A DNA stretch of 40,339 nucleotides from Lysobacter sp. (GTDB lineage: Bacteria > Pseudomonadota > Gammaproteobacteria > Xanthomonadales > Xanthomonadaceae). The position numbers and the translations under genes were made by a program. The stretch lies in NCBI GenBank assembly GCA_043765595.1, contig JAYUIZ010000118.1, positions 1 through 40,339 on the forward strand, read 5' to 3'. Below are positions 1 through 9,136 of this stretch, one piece after another (the first letter of the stretch is position 1; each line of letters starts with the position of its first letter). The notes under the pieces are model-generated. The model was not told the DNA's origin. It saw only the letters and a list, made by a program, of their open reading frames with translations, and searched no databases.

Positions 1-103
1 AGACGAATGTGCAACCAGCTATCAATGACTTGCACTCGGATTTCGACCCCAATACCCTGCTTTTCAAGGGTGTCAACCAGTATTTCAGCAGCCTGTTAGA
101 CCA

Positions 104-880
104 TCACCCACACTTAGAATACCCACAATTCAAACAAGTAGCACACCCATCCATAATCACAATCGCCTTCGCACTGCACTTATGACACATCGTCGCCGAA
201 GGCGGAAAACTCACGCCTTCGCCAGTCACCTCAATATCCTCTTCACGCGCCACAGCAGCCACCACGGTCGCTACGACATCAGACTTTTTTTTTACCCGAT
301 TCTCTTCATAAGCCCGACGCTTCTCAGCGATCAGCGCCCGCTGCGCATCGCTCATATCCGGATCGTGCATCAAGCCAATCGTCTTGAGGTGGTCTTCAAC
401 GATCATGCCCAGCTCCGCAACCAGTGACGGCATATACACGCCGCCGGCTTTGAAGTAGCCGCCCTTGGGGTCGAACACGGCTTTCATTTCTTCGACCAGG
501 AAGGTCACGTCGCCGCCCTTGCGGAATACGGCGGACATGATGCGGGTGAGGGCGACGATCCACTGGAAGTGTTCCATCGACTTGGAGTTGATGAAGATCT
601 CGAACGGACGGCGCTGTTCGTGCTCGTTGCCAGCGTTGAGAACGATGTCGTTGATCGTCACGTACATGGCGTGTTCGACCAGTGGGGATTTGATTTTGTA
701 GGTGCTGCCGATCAGCACTTCGGGGCGCTCGATGCGCTCGTGCATCTGGATGACGTCGGCGACGGGCAGCGCGGTTTCAGCCTCGACGGTCTGGCGCGGG
801 ACGGAGGCGCCGGGGGCGACCTTGTCTTCGGGCTTGACGACGGCGTAACCCTTGATTTTCTGATCGATCTTGACGGCCAT
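104..880 (-). CDS. nrdJb: Class II ribonucleotide reductase second subunit NrdJb (TSCPD domain plus Cys-rich C-terminal tail)
   Basis: ATG at 880 (MAVKIDQKIKGY); RPEVLIGSTYKIKSP, RPFEIFINSK and C-terminal CHKC...GCATCLNCGYSKCG motifs; downstream of nrdJa on the same strand. The ORF-track extension to 982 runs through a REP hairpin. Confidence 0.9.
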   Translation of the reverse strand: MAVKIDQKIKGYAVVKPEDKVAPGASVPRQTVEAETALPVADVIQMHERIERPEVLIGSTYKIKSPLVEHAMYVTINDIVLNAGNEHEQRRPFEIFINSKSMEHFQWIVALTRIMSAVFRKGGDVTFLVEEMKAVFDPKGGYFKAGGVYMPSLVAELGMIVEDHLKTIGLMHDPDMSDAQRALIAEKRRAYEENRVKKKSDVVATVVAAVAREEDIEVTGEGVSFPPSATMCHKCSAKAIVIMDGCATCLNCGYSKCG

Positions 881-927
881 GAACGTGTTTCCAGATGCGG
901 TGGTGATGTGTGTGGGCGGGGAGAGCT

Positions 928-980
928 GCCCCTTATCCGGCCCTTCGGGCCACCTTCTCCCCGCGATGCGGGGAGAAGGC
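928..980. repeat. REP-like double hairpin
   Basis: GGCCC-TTC-GGGCC followed by a perfect 12-bp stem CCTTCTCCCCGC-GAT-GCGGGGAGAAGG in the intergenic space. Confidence 0.65.
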
Positions 981-991
981 ATGGAGCCTGA

Positions 992-1480
992 TTACTTCTT
1001 CTTCGCTGCTTTTTTTGCTGTTTTCTTAGCGGCCTTTTTCGGCGCAGCCTTTTTCGCGGCTTTCTTTACAGCTTTCTTGGCCATGGCCTTCTTCGCGACC
1101 TTTTTCACCGCTTTCTTCGCAGCAGCCTTTTTGGCGACGGCTTTCTTTGCAATCTTCTTCACCGCTTTCTTGGTGGCAGCTTTCTTGGCGGCGACTTTCT
1201 TCGTCGCTTTCTTTGCAGTCTTCTTCGCGACTTTCTTGGCGCCGGAAACTTTGGCCTTCACCGTTTCCACGGCGGAGGCGGCCTTGGCCTTGGCGTCGTC
1301 CACGGCCTTGCCGGCGGCTTTGCGGGCTTTGCTGGCTGTTTTTCTGGCTTTCTTCACCGCATCGCCTACGGCCTTGCCGGCCTTGGTGTTGGCGACGGCG
1401 TCGCCCACTTCCTTCGCTTTGTCGGCCACTGCTTCGGCGGCGTCGGAAATCGCATCCGTGATCACATTGCCATTGCTCAT
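992..1480 (-). CDS. Histone H1-like Lys/Ala-rich protein
   Basis: 162 aa with many AKKA/VKKA repeats; GAGGAA RBS-like sequence upstream of the ATG. Confidence 0.85.
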   Translation of the reverse strand: MSNGNVITDAISDAAEAVADKAKEVGDAVANTKAGKAVGDAVKKARKTASKARKAAGKAVDDAKAKAASAVETVKAKVSGAKKVAKKTAKKATKKVAAKKAATKKAVKKIAKKAVAKKAAAKKAVKKVAKKAMAKKAVKKAAKKAAPKKAAKKTAKKAAKKK

Positions 1481-1612
1481 GGTGGTTCCTCGTCAGGGGA
1501 TCTACAGGGGTCACTTCATACGTGCATTCACGGGCGGTTTGCCCGTGTGCGGAATGTAGCGCGATCCGTGGTGGTGCGGTGAAAAACAGGGGCGGGGTTC
1601 CGGTGACTGTTT

Positions 1613-1655
1613 GCCCCCTCCCCGACCCTCCCCCGCGATGCCGAAGAGGGAGAGA
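1613..1655. repeat. Degenerate REP-like hairpin
   Basis: CCCCCTCCCCGACCCTCCCCCGCGATGCCGAAGAGGGAGAG; shares CCCCGCGATGC with the 928-980 element. Confidence 0.35.
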
Positions 1656-1663
1656 AAGCATGC

Positions 1664-4600
1664 TCAGAACTTGCCGTAGTAGCCTTCTTTCAGGGCGTCG
1701 AAGAGGTTGGCGGCGGTATGCATTTCGCCGTCGTATTCGATCTCTTCGTTGCCTTTGACCTCGATAAAGCTGCCGTCTTCCAGTTCGAAGCGATAGAGCG
1801 TGCTTTCGAGATCGGCTTCCTTCACCAGCACGCCCTGGAAGGCGGCGGGGTTGAAGCGGAAGGTGGTGCAGCCCTTGAGGCCCTGTTCGTAGGCGTAGCG
1901 GTAGATGTCCTTGAAGTCTTCGTACGGGTAGTCGGTGGGGACGTTGGCGGTCTTGGAGATGGAGCTGTCGACCCAGCGCTGGGCGGCGGCCTGGACGTCG
2001 ACGTGTTGTTTCGGACTGACATCGTCGGCGGCGATGAAATACTCGGGCAATTTGGCGGCCGGGTCTTCGCTGTAGGGCATCGCCTTGGCGTTGATCAGTT
2101 CGCGGTAGGCCAGCAGCTCGAAACTGAAGACGTCGACCTTTTCCTTGGACTTCTTGCCTTCGCGGATGATGTTGCGGCTGTAGTGGTGCGCGAACGACGG
2201 CTCGATGCCGTTGGAGGCGTTGTTGGCCAGCGACAGGCTGATGGTGCCGGTGGGCGCGATGGAGCTATGGTGGGTGAAGCGCGCGCCGACATCGGCGAGC
2301 TCGTCCACCAGCTCGGGGGCCAACGCGGCGATGCGCTGCATGTAGCGGCTGTATTTGGCGTGCAGCACCCTGCCGGGGATCTCCTGGCCCAGCGTCCAGC
2401 CGTCTTTCGCCATTTCCGGACGCTTGCGCAGCATCTCGGCGGTGACGGCGAAGCGCTCTTCCATGATCGGCGCGGCGCCCTTTTCGCGGGCGAGCTGCAG
2501 GGCGACTTCCCAGCCGGCGACGGCCATGTCGCGGGCGATACGGTCGGTGAAGTCCAGCGACGGCGCGCTACCGTACTTCATGCCGAGCATGGTCATGGTG
2601 CTGCCCAAGCCGAGGAAGCCCATGCCGTGGCGGCGCTTGCGCAGGATTTCGTCCTTCTGCTTTTGCAGGGGCAGCCCGTTCACTTCGACTACGTTGTCGA
2701 GCATGCGGGTGAACACGCGCACGACTTCCTTGTATTCCTCCCAGTCGAACGTGGCCTGGTCGGTGAAGGCCTTGCGCACGAAGTTGGTGAGGTTCACCGA
2801 GCCCAGCAGGCAGGCGCCGTAGGGCGGCAGCGGCTGTTCGCCGCAGTTGTGGGCGTGGAAACCGTTGCCGTCGAAGGTGTTGATGCCGGGCACCTGCACG
2901 TCATAGACGTCTTCGACGCCATCGTCTTCGATCGACTCGACCGTGGCCAGAAAGCGCTCGTGATTCGGGCGGCGCAGGTAGTCGCCGATCAGGCGGCGCA
3001 GGCGATCCTCCTTGTCGGTGTCGGCGAACCCGACCAGATCGGCGAAGACGCCGATGTTGTCGCCGCTGATGACCAGTTCGTGCTGGGCGCGCACGGCGTA
3101 CTCTGCCTGCCCGCCACGGCCATCGGGCAGGCTGCGGACGCCGGCGGGGCGACGGTCGCGATAAATCGTGGAGGCGACGCCCAGGCGCAGCAGCATGCGC
3201 TGCGCAGCTTCAAGGCGCGGCAGGTCGGACTGCGACAGGCGGATGCTGACGCCCTTGCGCTGACTGCCCTGCACCGAACCGTCGCTGTCGAACAGGCCGC
3301 GCAGGAAACCGCGATGGAATTCGCTGGAACTGCGCTCCATGGCCGGGGTGATGGCCTTGTCGCCGGGCGACATACCCACCGATTCGGCCAGATGTTTGAG
3401 CGCGGCGAGCGACATGCGCCACTCGTTGCGATCAGCGACCAGGTGCCAGCCCTCGAAGTCGCTGCGGTGCGGCAAGGTGCGTGCGGCCTGTTCGGCCTCG
3501 TCCATCAGCGCATGGATGCCGGACGAAAGACCGACCGGCCCACCGTTCATGGCCTGCGCAGGCATGAACACCGACAGCACGGCCTTGTCGGACTTCAGCA
3601 CGCCATCGCCGACCAACAGCCCGAGCAGGAAGCCCTGCTCCCGCGTGTGTTCGCCATGCCACTGTGCGCTGGCACGATGGTCATTGAGCAGCACGCGATC
3701 ACCGGGGCGCAGGTCGCCTGCGGCGCACCATTCTGTGTCGAGCGACCAGCGCGTGACGCGGCAGGCGCGACGCACGCGGTGATCGGCGGTGAGCCGCAGC
3801 GCATGGCCTTCGGCGGTGCCCAGGCGCACGACTGGCTTGGTGGCGGTGCGGAAGAAACCTTCCGCGCCGGTCAGGTGGTCGCGCCCGTCGACGCGCGCCA
3901 GGAACTGCTGGCCGATCAGGTGGGCGACCTGGCGCGGCCCTTCTGCGGTCTGCACCCAGGTGTCCGCAGTCACGCAGGGATTGGTGGCGCGGATCTGCTC
4001 GCACCACCAGTTGTTGTTCATCTCGTTGACCTTGTCGATCAGGATGAAACCCGGTTCGGCGAAGTCGTAGGTGGAAACCATGATCATGTCCCACAGATGC
4101 CGGGCGCGGATGTGCCCGTAGATCTTGCAGGCCACCAGGCCGTCGTCGCGGCTGATGTAGTTGGCGTGGGTGGGCCATTCGCGCCAGACCACCTGCTCGG
4201 CGCTGTCGAGGTCGATATCGTCGACTTCCTTCTCGTTGATCGGGAACACCAGCGGCCAGTCGGCGTCGGTCTCGACCGCCTGCATGAAGCCGTCGGTGAT
4301 CAGCAGCGAGAGGTTGAACTGGCGCAGACGCCCGTCCTCGCGCTTGGCGCGGATGAAATCCTTCACGTCCGGATGGGCGACATCGAAGGTACCCATCTGC
4401 GCGCCGCGACGGCCGCCAGCCGAGGACACGGTGAAGCACATCTTGTCGTAGATATCCATGAAGGACATCGGGCCGGAGGTGTAGGCACCGGCGCCGGCGA
4501 CGAACGCGCCGCGCGGGCGCAGGGTGCTGAATTCATAGCCGATGCCGCAGCCTGCCTTCAGGGTGAGGCCGGCTTCGTGGACTTTTTCGAGGATGCCGTC

Positions 4601-4948
4601 CATCGAATCGGTGATGGTGCCCGACACGGTGCAATTGATGGTTGAGGTGGCCGGCTTGTGCTCCAGCGCGCCGGCATTGGAAGTGATGCGGCCGGCGGGA
4701 ATGGCGCCGCGGCGCAGCGCCCAGAGGAAGCGTTCGTACCAGTACTTCTGTTTCTCGCCGTTGGGCTCGGCGTCGGACAGCGCGCGGGCAACGCGCTGGT
4801 AGGTGCTGTCGATATCGGTATCGACGTCGTCGCCCTGCTTGGTCTTGAGCCGGTATTTCTTGTCCCAGATGTCCCAGGACGCCGGCTGCATGGGAATTTC
4901 CGCAGCGGCGCCCGCTTTCGCGATCGCTTCAAGACGTACAGTGCTCAT
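1664..4948 (-). CDS. nrdJa: Adenosylcobalamin-dependent (class II) ribonucleotide reductase NrdJa, intein-containing
   Basis: IPAGRITSNAG, STINCTV, GGRRGAQM, AEPGFIL, ATNP|CGEQPL, IAPTGT and SSISKTAN motifs; ATG at 4948 with GAGGAAG upstream (TTG at 4951 is an alternative). Confidence 0.95.
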   Translation of the reverse strand: MSTVRLEAIAKAGAAAEIPMQPASWDIWDKKYRLKTKQGDDVDTDIDSTYQRVARALSDAEPNGEKQKYWYERFLWALRRGAIPAGRITSNAGALEHKPATSTINCTVSGTITDSMDGILEKVHEAGLTLKAGCGIGYEFSTLRPRGAFVAGAGAYTSGPMSFMDIYDKMCFTVSSAGGRRGAQMGTFDVAHPDVKDFIRAKREDGRLRQFNLSLLITDGFMQAVETDADWPLVFPINEKEVDDIDLDSAEQVVWREWPTHANYISRDDGLVACKIYGHIRARHLWDMIMVSTYDFAEPGFILIDKVNEMNNNWWCEQIRATNPCVTADTWVQTAEGPRQVAHLIGQQFLARVDGRDHLTGAEGFFRTATKPVVRLGTAEGHALRLTADHRVRRACRVTRWSLDTEWCAAGDLRPGDRVLLNDHRASAQWHGEHTREQGFLLGLLVGDGVLKSDKAVLSVFMPAQAMNGGPVGLSSGIHALMDEAEQAARTLPHRSDFEGWHLVADRNEWRMSLAALKHLAESVGMSPGDKAITPAMERSSSEFHRGFLRGLFDSDGSVQGSQRKGVSIRLSQSDLPRLEAAQRMLLRLGVASTIYRDRRPAGVRSLPDGRGGQAEYAVRAQHELVISGDNIGVFADLVGFADTDKEDRLRRLIGDYLRRPNHERFLATVESIEDDGVEDVYDVQVPGINTFDGNGFHAHNCGEQPLPPYGACLLGSVNLTNFVRKAFTDQATFDWEEYKEVVRVFTRMLDNVVEVNGLPLQKQKDEILRKRRHGMGFLGLGSTMTMLGMKYGSAPSLDFTDRIARDMAVAGWEVALQLAREKGAAPIMEERFAVTAEMLRKRPEMAKDGWTLGQEIPGRVLHAKYSRYMQRIAALAPELVDELADVGARFTHHSSIAPTGTISLSLANNASNGIEPSFAHHYSRNIIREGKKSKEKVDVFSFELLAYRELINAKAMPYSEDPAAKLPEYFIAADDVSPKQHVDVQAAAQRWVDSSISKTANVPTDYPYEDFKDIYRYAYEQGLKGCTTFRFNPAAFQGVLVKEADLESTLYRFELEDGSFIEVKGNEEIEYDGEMHTAANLFDALKEGYYGKF
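2846..3976 (-). mobile_element. Intein (377 aa) with LAGLIDADG homing endonuclease
   Basis: Starts CVTADTWV after ATNP; block B LTADHRV; LAGLIDADG-like GFLLGLLVGDG and FLRGLFDSDG; ends VYDVQV...GFHAHN followed by +1 Cys (CGEQ). Confidence 0.93.
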
Positions 4949-5182
4949 CAATGTTTCTTCCTCGAAATTGTTGCGGACGCGTCATCGCCGCGACCCGTTG
5001 TTCTGATTGCCGGCAGCGGAGCCCCTGCTCCACGCTGCCAACGGATTCTGTGATGCGGTTCCGGGTCAAACCGCGACTATGATTCTCCTTTAACGACCCG
5101 GTATTGCTCGCCTATCTCCTGTGTTTCCTGATGCGGCGACGCTTTCAGCCCCGATCTTCCGTGGAACAAATGTTTCCGTGAA

Positions 5183-5229
5183 ACACCATCGGTAGGGCTG
5201 CTGGCCACTCGTACCCCAAGATATAGTGG
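5183..5229. promoter_or_regulatory. Tandem NrdR boxes upstream of nrdJa
   Basis: CCCCAAGATATAGTGG (5214-5229) fits the acaCwAtATaTwGtg consensus; a weaker ACACCATCGGTAGGGC (5183-5198) starts 31 bp away. Confidence 0.7.
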
Positions 5230-5539
5230 CGCTGCGGGAGGTCAAGCTACGCCCCGGAACGACCCAAGTCAACGGCTTGACGGCTCGAAAATCGTGTCGT
5301 TCGCCCGGCGACACCGGTCCGGACCCCGGGTTGGCGGGGCTAGGCCGATTCATGACCGGTTTCATGCCCGGTTTAGGCCATGTCCGGGACACTCCAGATC
5401 CCCTTTGCAGCCCATCGGGCTCGACCTCCGGGACTTGATTCCGGCGGAGGCGGCCGCGATCCTCAGGCCACGCCGAGAACGCCCGCCACGCCCTCCGCGA
5501 GCCCACCCGGACCCGCCCATCGACACCATCCAGACGCCT

Positions 5540-6994
5540 ATGACCGCCTCCGCCGAACGCACCCGCGCCAAGAAGACGTCCCTGCTGCTCGCCCTGACCG
5601 CGGCCGCCGCGTTCGGCGGCTTCGCCGCCACCTGGATCCGCGAAGGCCTGCAGCCGCCGGTGATGGCCGCGCCGAGCGTGCCGGCGACGATGCCTGCGGT
5701 GGCGGCGCTGCCGACCGCCACCGCCGACGGTCAGGCGCTGCCCTCGCTGGCGCCGATGCTGCAGCAGGTGATGCCCGCGGTGGTAAGCGTGCGCACCAAG
5801 CAGCGGATCCGGGTCAGCCCGTTTGCCGACCCGATCTTCCGGCGCATGTTCCCGGACATGAGCCAGGAGCGGATCAACGAATCGCTGGGCTCGGGAGTGA
5901 TCGTGGATGCCCAGCGCGGACTGGTGCTGACGAATCATCATGTGATCGAGGGCGCGGACGATGTCTCGGTGACGCTGGCCGACGGCCGCGAGCTGAAGGC
6001 CGAATTCCTGGGCTCCGACGCCGATACCGATGTGGCGCTGATGAAGATCCCGGCGGAGAAACTCACCGCGCTGTCGCTGGCGAACTCCGACCAGCTGCGG
6101 GTGGGCGATTTCGTGGTGGCGGTGGGCAACCCGTTCGGCGTCGGCCAGACCGTGACCTCGGGCATCGTGTCAGCGGTGGGACGCAGCAATCTGCCGGGGC
6201 TGGGCTTCCAAAACTTCATCCAGACCGATGCGTCGATCAATCCGGGCAACTCCGGCGGCGCGCTGGTCAATCTGCGCGGCGAACTGATCGGCATCAACAC
6301 CGCCAGCTTCAATCCGCGCGGCAGCCAAGCGGGCAACATCGGCCTGGGCTTCGCAATTCCGATCAGCCTCGCCCGCAACATCATGGAGCAGTTGCTGAAC
6401 GGCGGCGCCGTGCGGCGCGGCACTCTGGGCATCGACAGCCAAGACGTGGATGCGCGGATCGCGGAGGCGCTGGGCCTGGACCAGGCGCGCGGCGCGGTGG
6501 TGACCCGGCTGCATCCGGATTCGACCGCTGCGAACGCGGGGCTGAAGGTGGGCGACGTGATCGTGGCTGCCAACGGCCAGCGCGTGGACGACAGTGCGTC
6601 GCTGCGCAATATCCAGGGCTTGCAGCCGGTGAATTCGAAGATTGCGCTGGACGTGCGCCGCGACGGCAAGCCGCTGAAGATCAACGCGACCCTGCGCGAG
6701 CAGCCGCGCGAGATTGACGGCGCCAGCCTCGACCCGCGCCTGGCCGGCGCCAGCTTTGCCGAACTGCCCGAATCGCTGCGTCGTCAGGGCGCCTTCGGCG
6801 TGCTGGTCGACGCGGTGGCGGCTGGCAGCCGCGCCGCCCGCAACGGCCTGCGCAAGGGCGACGTGGTGCAGGCTGCCAGCATCGGCCAGTTCAGCGACCT
6901 CGGCGGCTTCCGCGCCGGTTTCAGCGAACGTCCGGATCCGCTGGTGCTGCGCATCTGGCGCAACGGCGGCCAGGGCGACCTGCAGATGCGATAA
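5540..6994 (+). CDS. Do/DegQ (HtrA) family periplasmic serine endopeptidase with PDZ domains
   Basis: SLGSGVI, VLTNHHVI, DTDVAL, IQTDASINPGNSGG; N-terminal signal; start placed at ATG 5540. Confidence 0.92.
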   Translation: MTASAERTRAKKTSLLLALTAAAAFGGFAATWIREGLQPPVMAAPSVPATMPAVAALPTATADGQALPSLAPMLQQVMPAVVSVRTKQRIRVSPFADPIFRRMFPDMSQERINESLGSGVIVDAQRGLVLTNHHVIEGADDVSVTLADGRELKAEFLGSDADTDVALMKIPAEKLTALSLANSDQLRVGDFVVAVGNPFGVGQTVTSGIVSAVGRSNLPGLGFQNFIQTDASINPGNSGGALVNLRGELIGINTASFNPRGSQAGNIGLGFAIPISLARNIMEQLLNGGAVRRGTLGIDSQDVDARIAEALGLDQARGAVVTRLHPDSTAANAGLKVGDVIVAANGQRVDDSASLRNIQGLQPVNSKIALDVRRDGKPLKINATLREQPREIDGASLDPRLAGASFAELPESLRRQGAFGVLVDAVAAGSRAARNGLRKGDVVQAASIGQFSDLGGFRAGFSERPDPLVLRIWRNGGQGDLQMR

Positions 6995-7008
6995 GCGATG
7001 CGATAAGC
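6985..7008 (+). repeat. 12-bp tandem duplication including the protease stop codon
   Basis: GATGCGATAAGC x2. Confidence 0.85.
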
Positions 7009-7125
7009 ACGGTCTGCGCCGCGCTACCCATGCAATTCGCCCGCTGCGCGCATCCGCAGCGGGTGGCGGCCATCGGCTTCGATTAAAGCATTTAAGCTCG
7101 CCGTCTTTCCTGCGCGGACGCCGCC

Positions 7126-8268
7126 ATGGCCGACAGCATCGACATCAGTCCCGATTCCCTCGGCAGCCACCCCGGAGGCGGCGAAGCATCCCCTGCTACT
7201 GACGCGGCGCAGACACCCGCACCGCCGTCGCGCCCGGGCTCGTCTACCGCCGCAATCGTGCTCGCGTCGCTGGCGGTGGCCTACACCCTATGGGCAACCC
7301 AGGAACTGCTGCTGCCGGTGCTGCTGGCGATGTTCTTCGCGCTGATCGGTAACCCGATCATCCGCACCCTGGAAAAGATCCATATTCCGCGCTTCGTCGG
7401 CGCGCTGGCGGTGCTGTCCTCGGGCCTGGCCTGCGCGATGCTGCTGGGCAGCCTGATGGCGGAACCCGCGGGCAAACTGATGCGCGAGGTGCCGCGCGAG
7501 CTGCGCGAGATCGCGCCCAAACTGCGCGCGGTCATCAAGCCAGTGCAGGATGCGAAGAAAGGCGCGGAGAGCATCGCCCGCGTCGCCGGCGGCGAAGACG
7601 TCAACGCGGTGCGGCTGGTCAGGACCGAGGTCAACGATCCGTTCCGCTCGCTCACCGCGACCCCGAGGATGATCGCGTCGGTGCTGGCGGTGGTGCTGCT
7701 GACCCTGTTTTTCATGATTTACGGGGCAAACCTGCAGCGCAGGGTGCTGGCGCTGCTGCCCGGCCGGCAGCAGAAGAAGCTGACCATGGACATCCTGCAG
7801 TCGATCGAGCGCGAGATGTCGCGCTATGTGTTGACCATCACCATCATCAATACCCTGCTGGGCCTGGCCTTCGCCGGCGTGCTGGTGTGGCTGGGGCTGG
7901 ATATCCCCGAAGCGCTGATGTGGGGCACGCTGGCGGCGCTGCTGAACTACGCGCCGTACGTGGGGCCGCTGATCGGCATCATGGCCATGCTGCTGATGGG
8001 CTTTGTGCATTTCGATACGCCGCTGGAAGCGCTGCTGCCGGCCGGCATCTATCTGCTGCTGCATACGATCGAAGGCCAGTTCTTCACCCCGATCCTGCTC
8101 GGCCGGCGCATGGCGCTGTCGCCGCTGGTGCTGATCCTGGGGCTGATGGTGTTCGGTTGGCTGTGGGGGATCATCGGTCTGCTGCTGGCGGTACCGCTGC
8201 TGGCCTGCACCAAGGTGGTGCTGGAACGGGTCGACGGCCTCGGCCCCTGGGCGCGGCTGCTGGAGTGA
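7126..8268 (+). CDS. AI-2E family transporter
   Basis: Multi-TM protein; LNYAPYVGP, IEGQFFTPILLG and WGIIGLLLAVP motifs. Confidence 0.88.
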   Translation: MADSIDISPDSLGSHPGGGEASPATDAAQTPAPPSRPGSSTAAIVLASLAVAYTLWATQELLLPVLLAMFFALIGNPIIRTLEKIHIPRFVGALAVLSSGLACAMLLGSLMAEPAGKLMREVPRELREIAPKLRAVIKPVQDAKKGAESIARVAGGEDVNAVRLVRTEVNDPFRSLTATPRMIASVLAVVLLTLFFMIYGANLQRRVLALLPGRQQKKLTMDILQSIEREMSRYVLTITIINTLLGLAFAGVLVWLGLDIPEALMWGTLAALLNYAPYVGPLIGIMAMLLMGFVHFDTPLEALLPAGIYLLLHTIEGQFFTPILLGRRMALSPLVLILGLMVFGWLWGIIGLLLAVPLLACTKVVLERVDGLGPWARLLE

Positions 8269-8359
8269 TCCCGCGCTACGCGCCTTCGATGCGGCCCTCC
8301 CTGCGGCCCGCGCCGGACGGCACGCGGCAGCCGCAGAACCCGCGCGTTAAACTCGCGGC

Positions 8360-9136
8360 GTGAACTTCATCATCCGCGCCATCACCCTCGACCTGGACGA
8401 CACCCTGTGGCCGTTCGCGCCCATCGGCGCGCGGATCGAACGAGTGCTCGACGACTGGCTGCGCATCCACAGCCCGCGCACCGCCGAACGCTTTCCCATC
8501 GTGGAAATGCGCGCCCTGCGGGAACGGGTGTTCGACGCGCACCCGCATCTGCTGCACGACATGGGCGCGGTGCGTCTGCTCACGCTGGAGCAAGCGTTTC
8601 GGGAATCCGGCGACGATCCGGCGCTGGCGGGACCGGCCTATGACGTGTTCTACGCCGAACGCAATCGCGTGGAGTGCTATCCCGACGCGATCGACGCACT
8701 GGCGCGGATCAGCGCGAAGCTGCCGGTGGCGGCGCTGAGCAACGGCAATGCCGATCTGGCGGCGATCGGGCTGGATCATCATTTCGCGTTCCAGCTGGGC
8801 GCGCGCGAACACGGCGCCGCCAAACCCGATCCGGGCATTTTTCTGGCCGCCTGCGAACGTCTGGGCTGCGCGCCGGGTGAGGTGCTGCACGTCGGCGATC
8901 ACATCGAAATGGACGTGCTGGGCGCCGCCCGCGCCGGCCTGCGCACCGCGTGGATGCATCGCGACGACGCCCGCGCGCAGCATCCGCACTGGCCGCACGA
9001 CGACATCGCGCCCGACCTGATCGTTGCCGACATGGCCGCGCTGGCCGACCTGCTGGAGGGCATGACCGATCGCATGGCCGAAGCCGCGAGCGATACGCCG
9101 CACCCCGCAACGCATTCCCACGGGATCCCGACATGA
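8360..9136 (+). CDS. HAD-family hydrolase (YigB-like)
   Basis: ITLDLDDTLW, LSNGN, KPDPGIF, HVGD..MD motifs; GTG start. Confidence 0.88.
   Translation: MNFIIRAITLDLDDTLWPFAPIGARIERVLDDWLRIHSPRTAERFPIVEMRALRERVFDAHPHLLHDMGAVRLLTLEQAFRESGDDPALAGPAYDVFYAERNRVECYPDAIDALARISAKLPVAALSNGNADLAAIGLDHHFAFQLGAREHGAAKPDPGIFLAACERLGCAPGEVLHVGDHIEMDVLGAARAGLRTAWMHRDDARAQHPHWPHDDIAPDLIVADMAALADLLEGMTDRMAEAASDTPHPATHSHGIPT

Noticed and set aside
870-1559. 229-aa Phe/Ala-rich plus-strand ORF
   Set aside because: Antisense mirror of the Lys/Ala codons of the histone-like gene
1718-4645. 975-aa plus-strand ORF (and similar long shadows such as 9256-11040, 19394-21334, 20467-22611, 38075-39238)
   Set aside because: Antisense or alternative-frame shadows of well-supported genes in high-GC DNA; no recognisable motifs
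4950-5180. Possible cobalamin riboswitch in the nrdJa leader
   Set aside because: No B12-box or other conserved riboswitch motifs recognised; NrdR boxes explain the regulation
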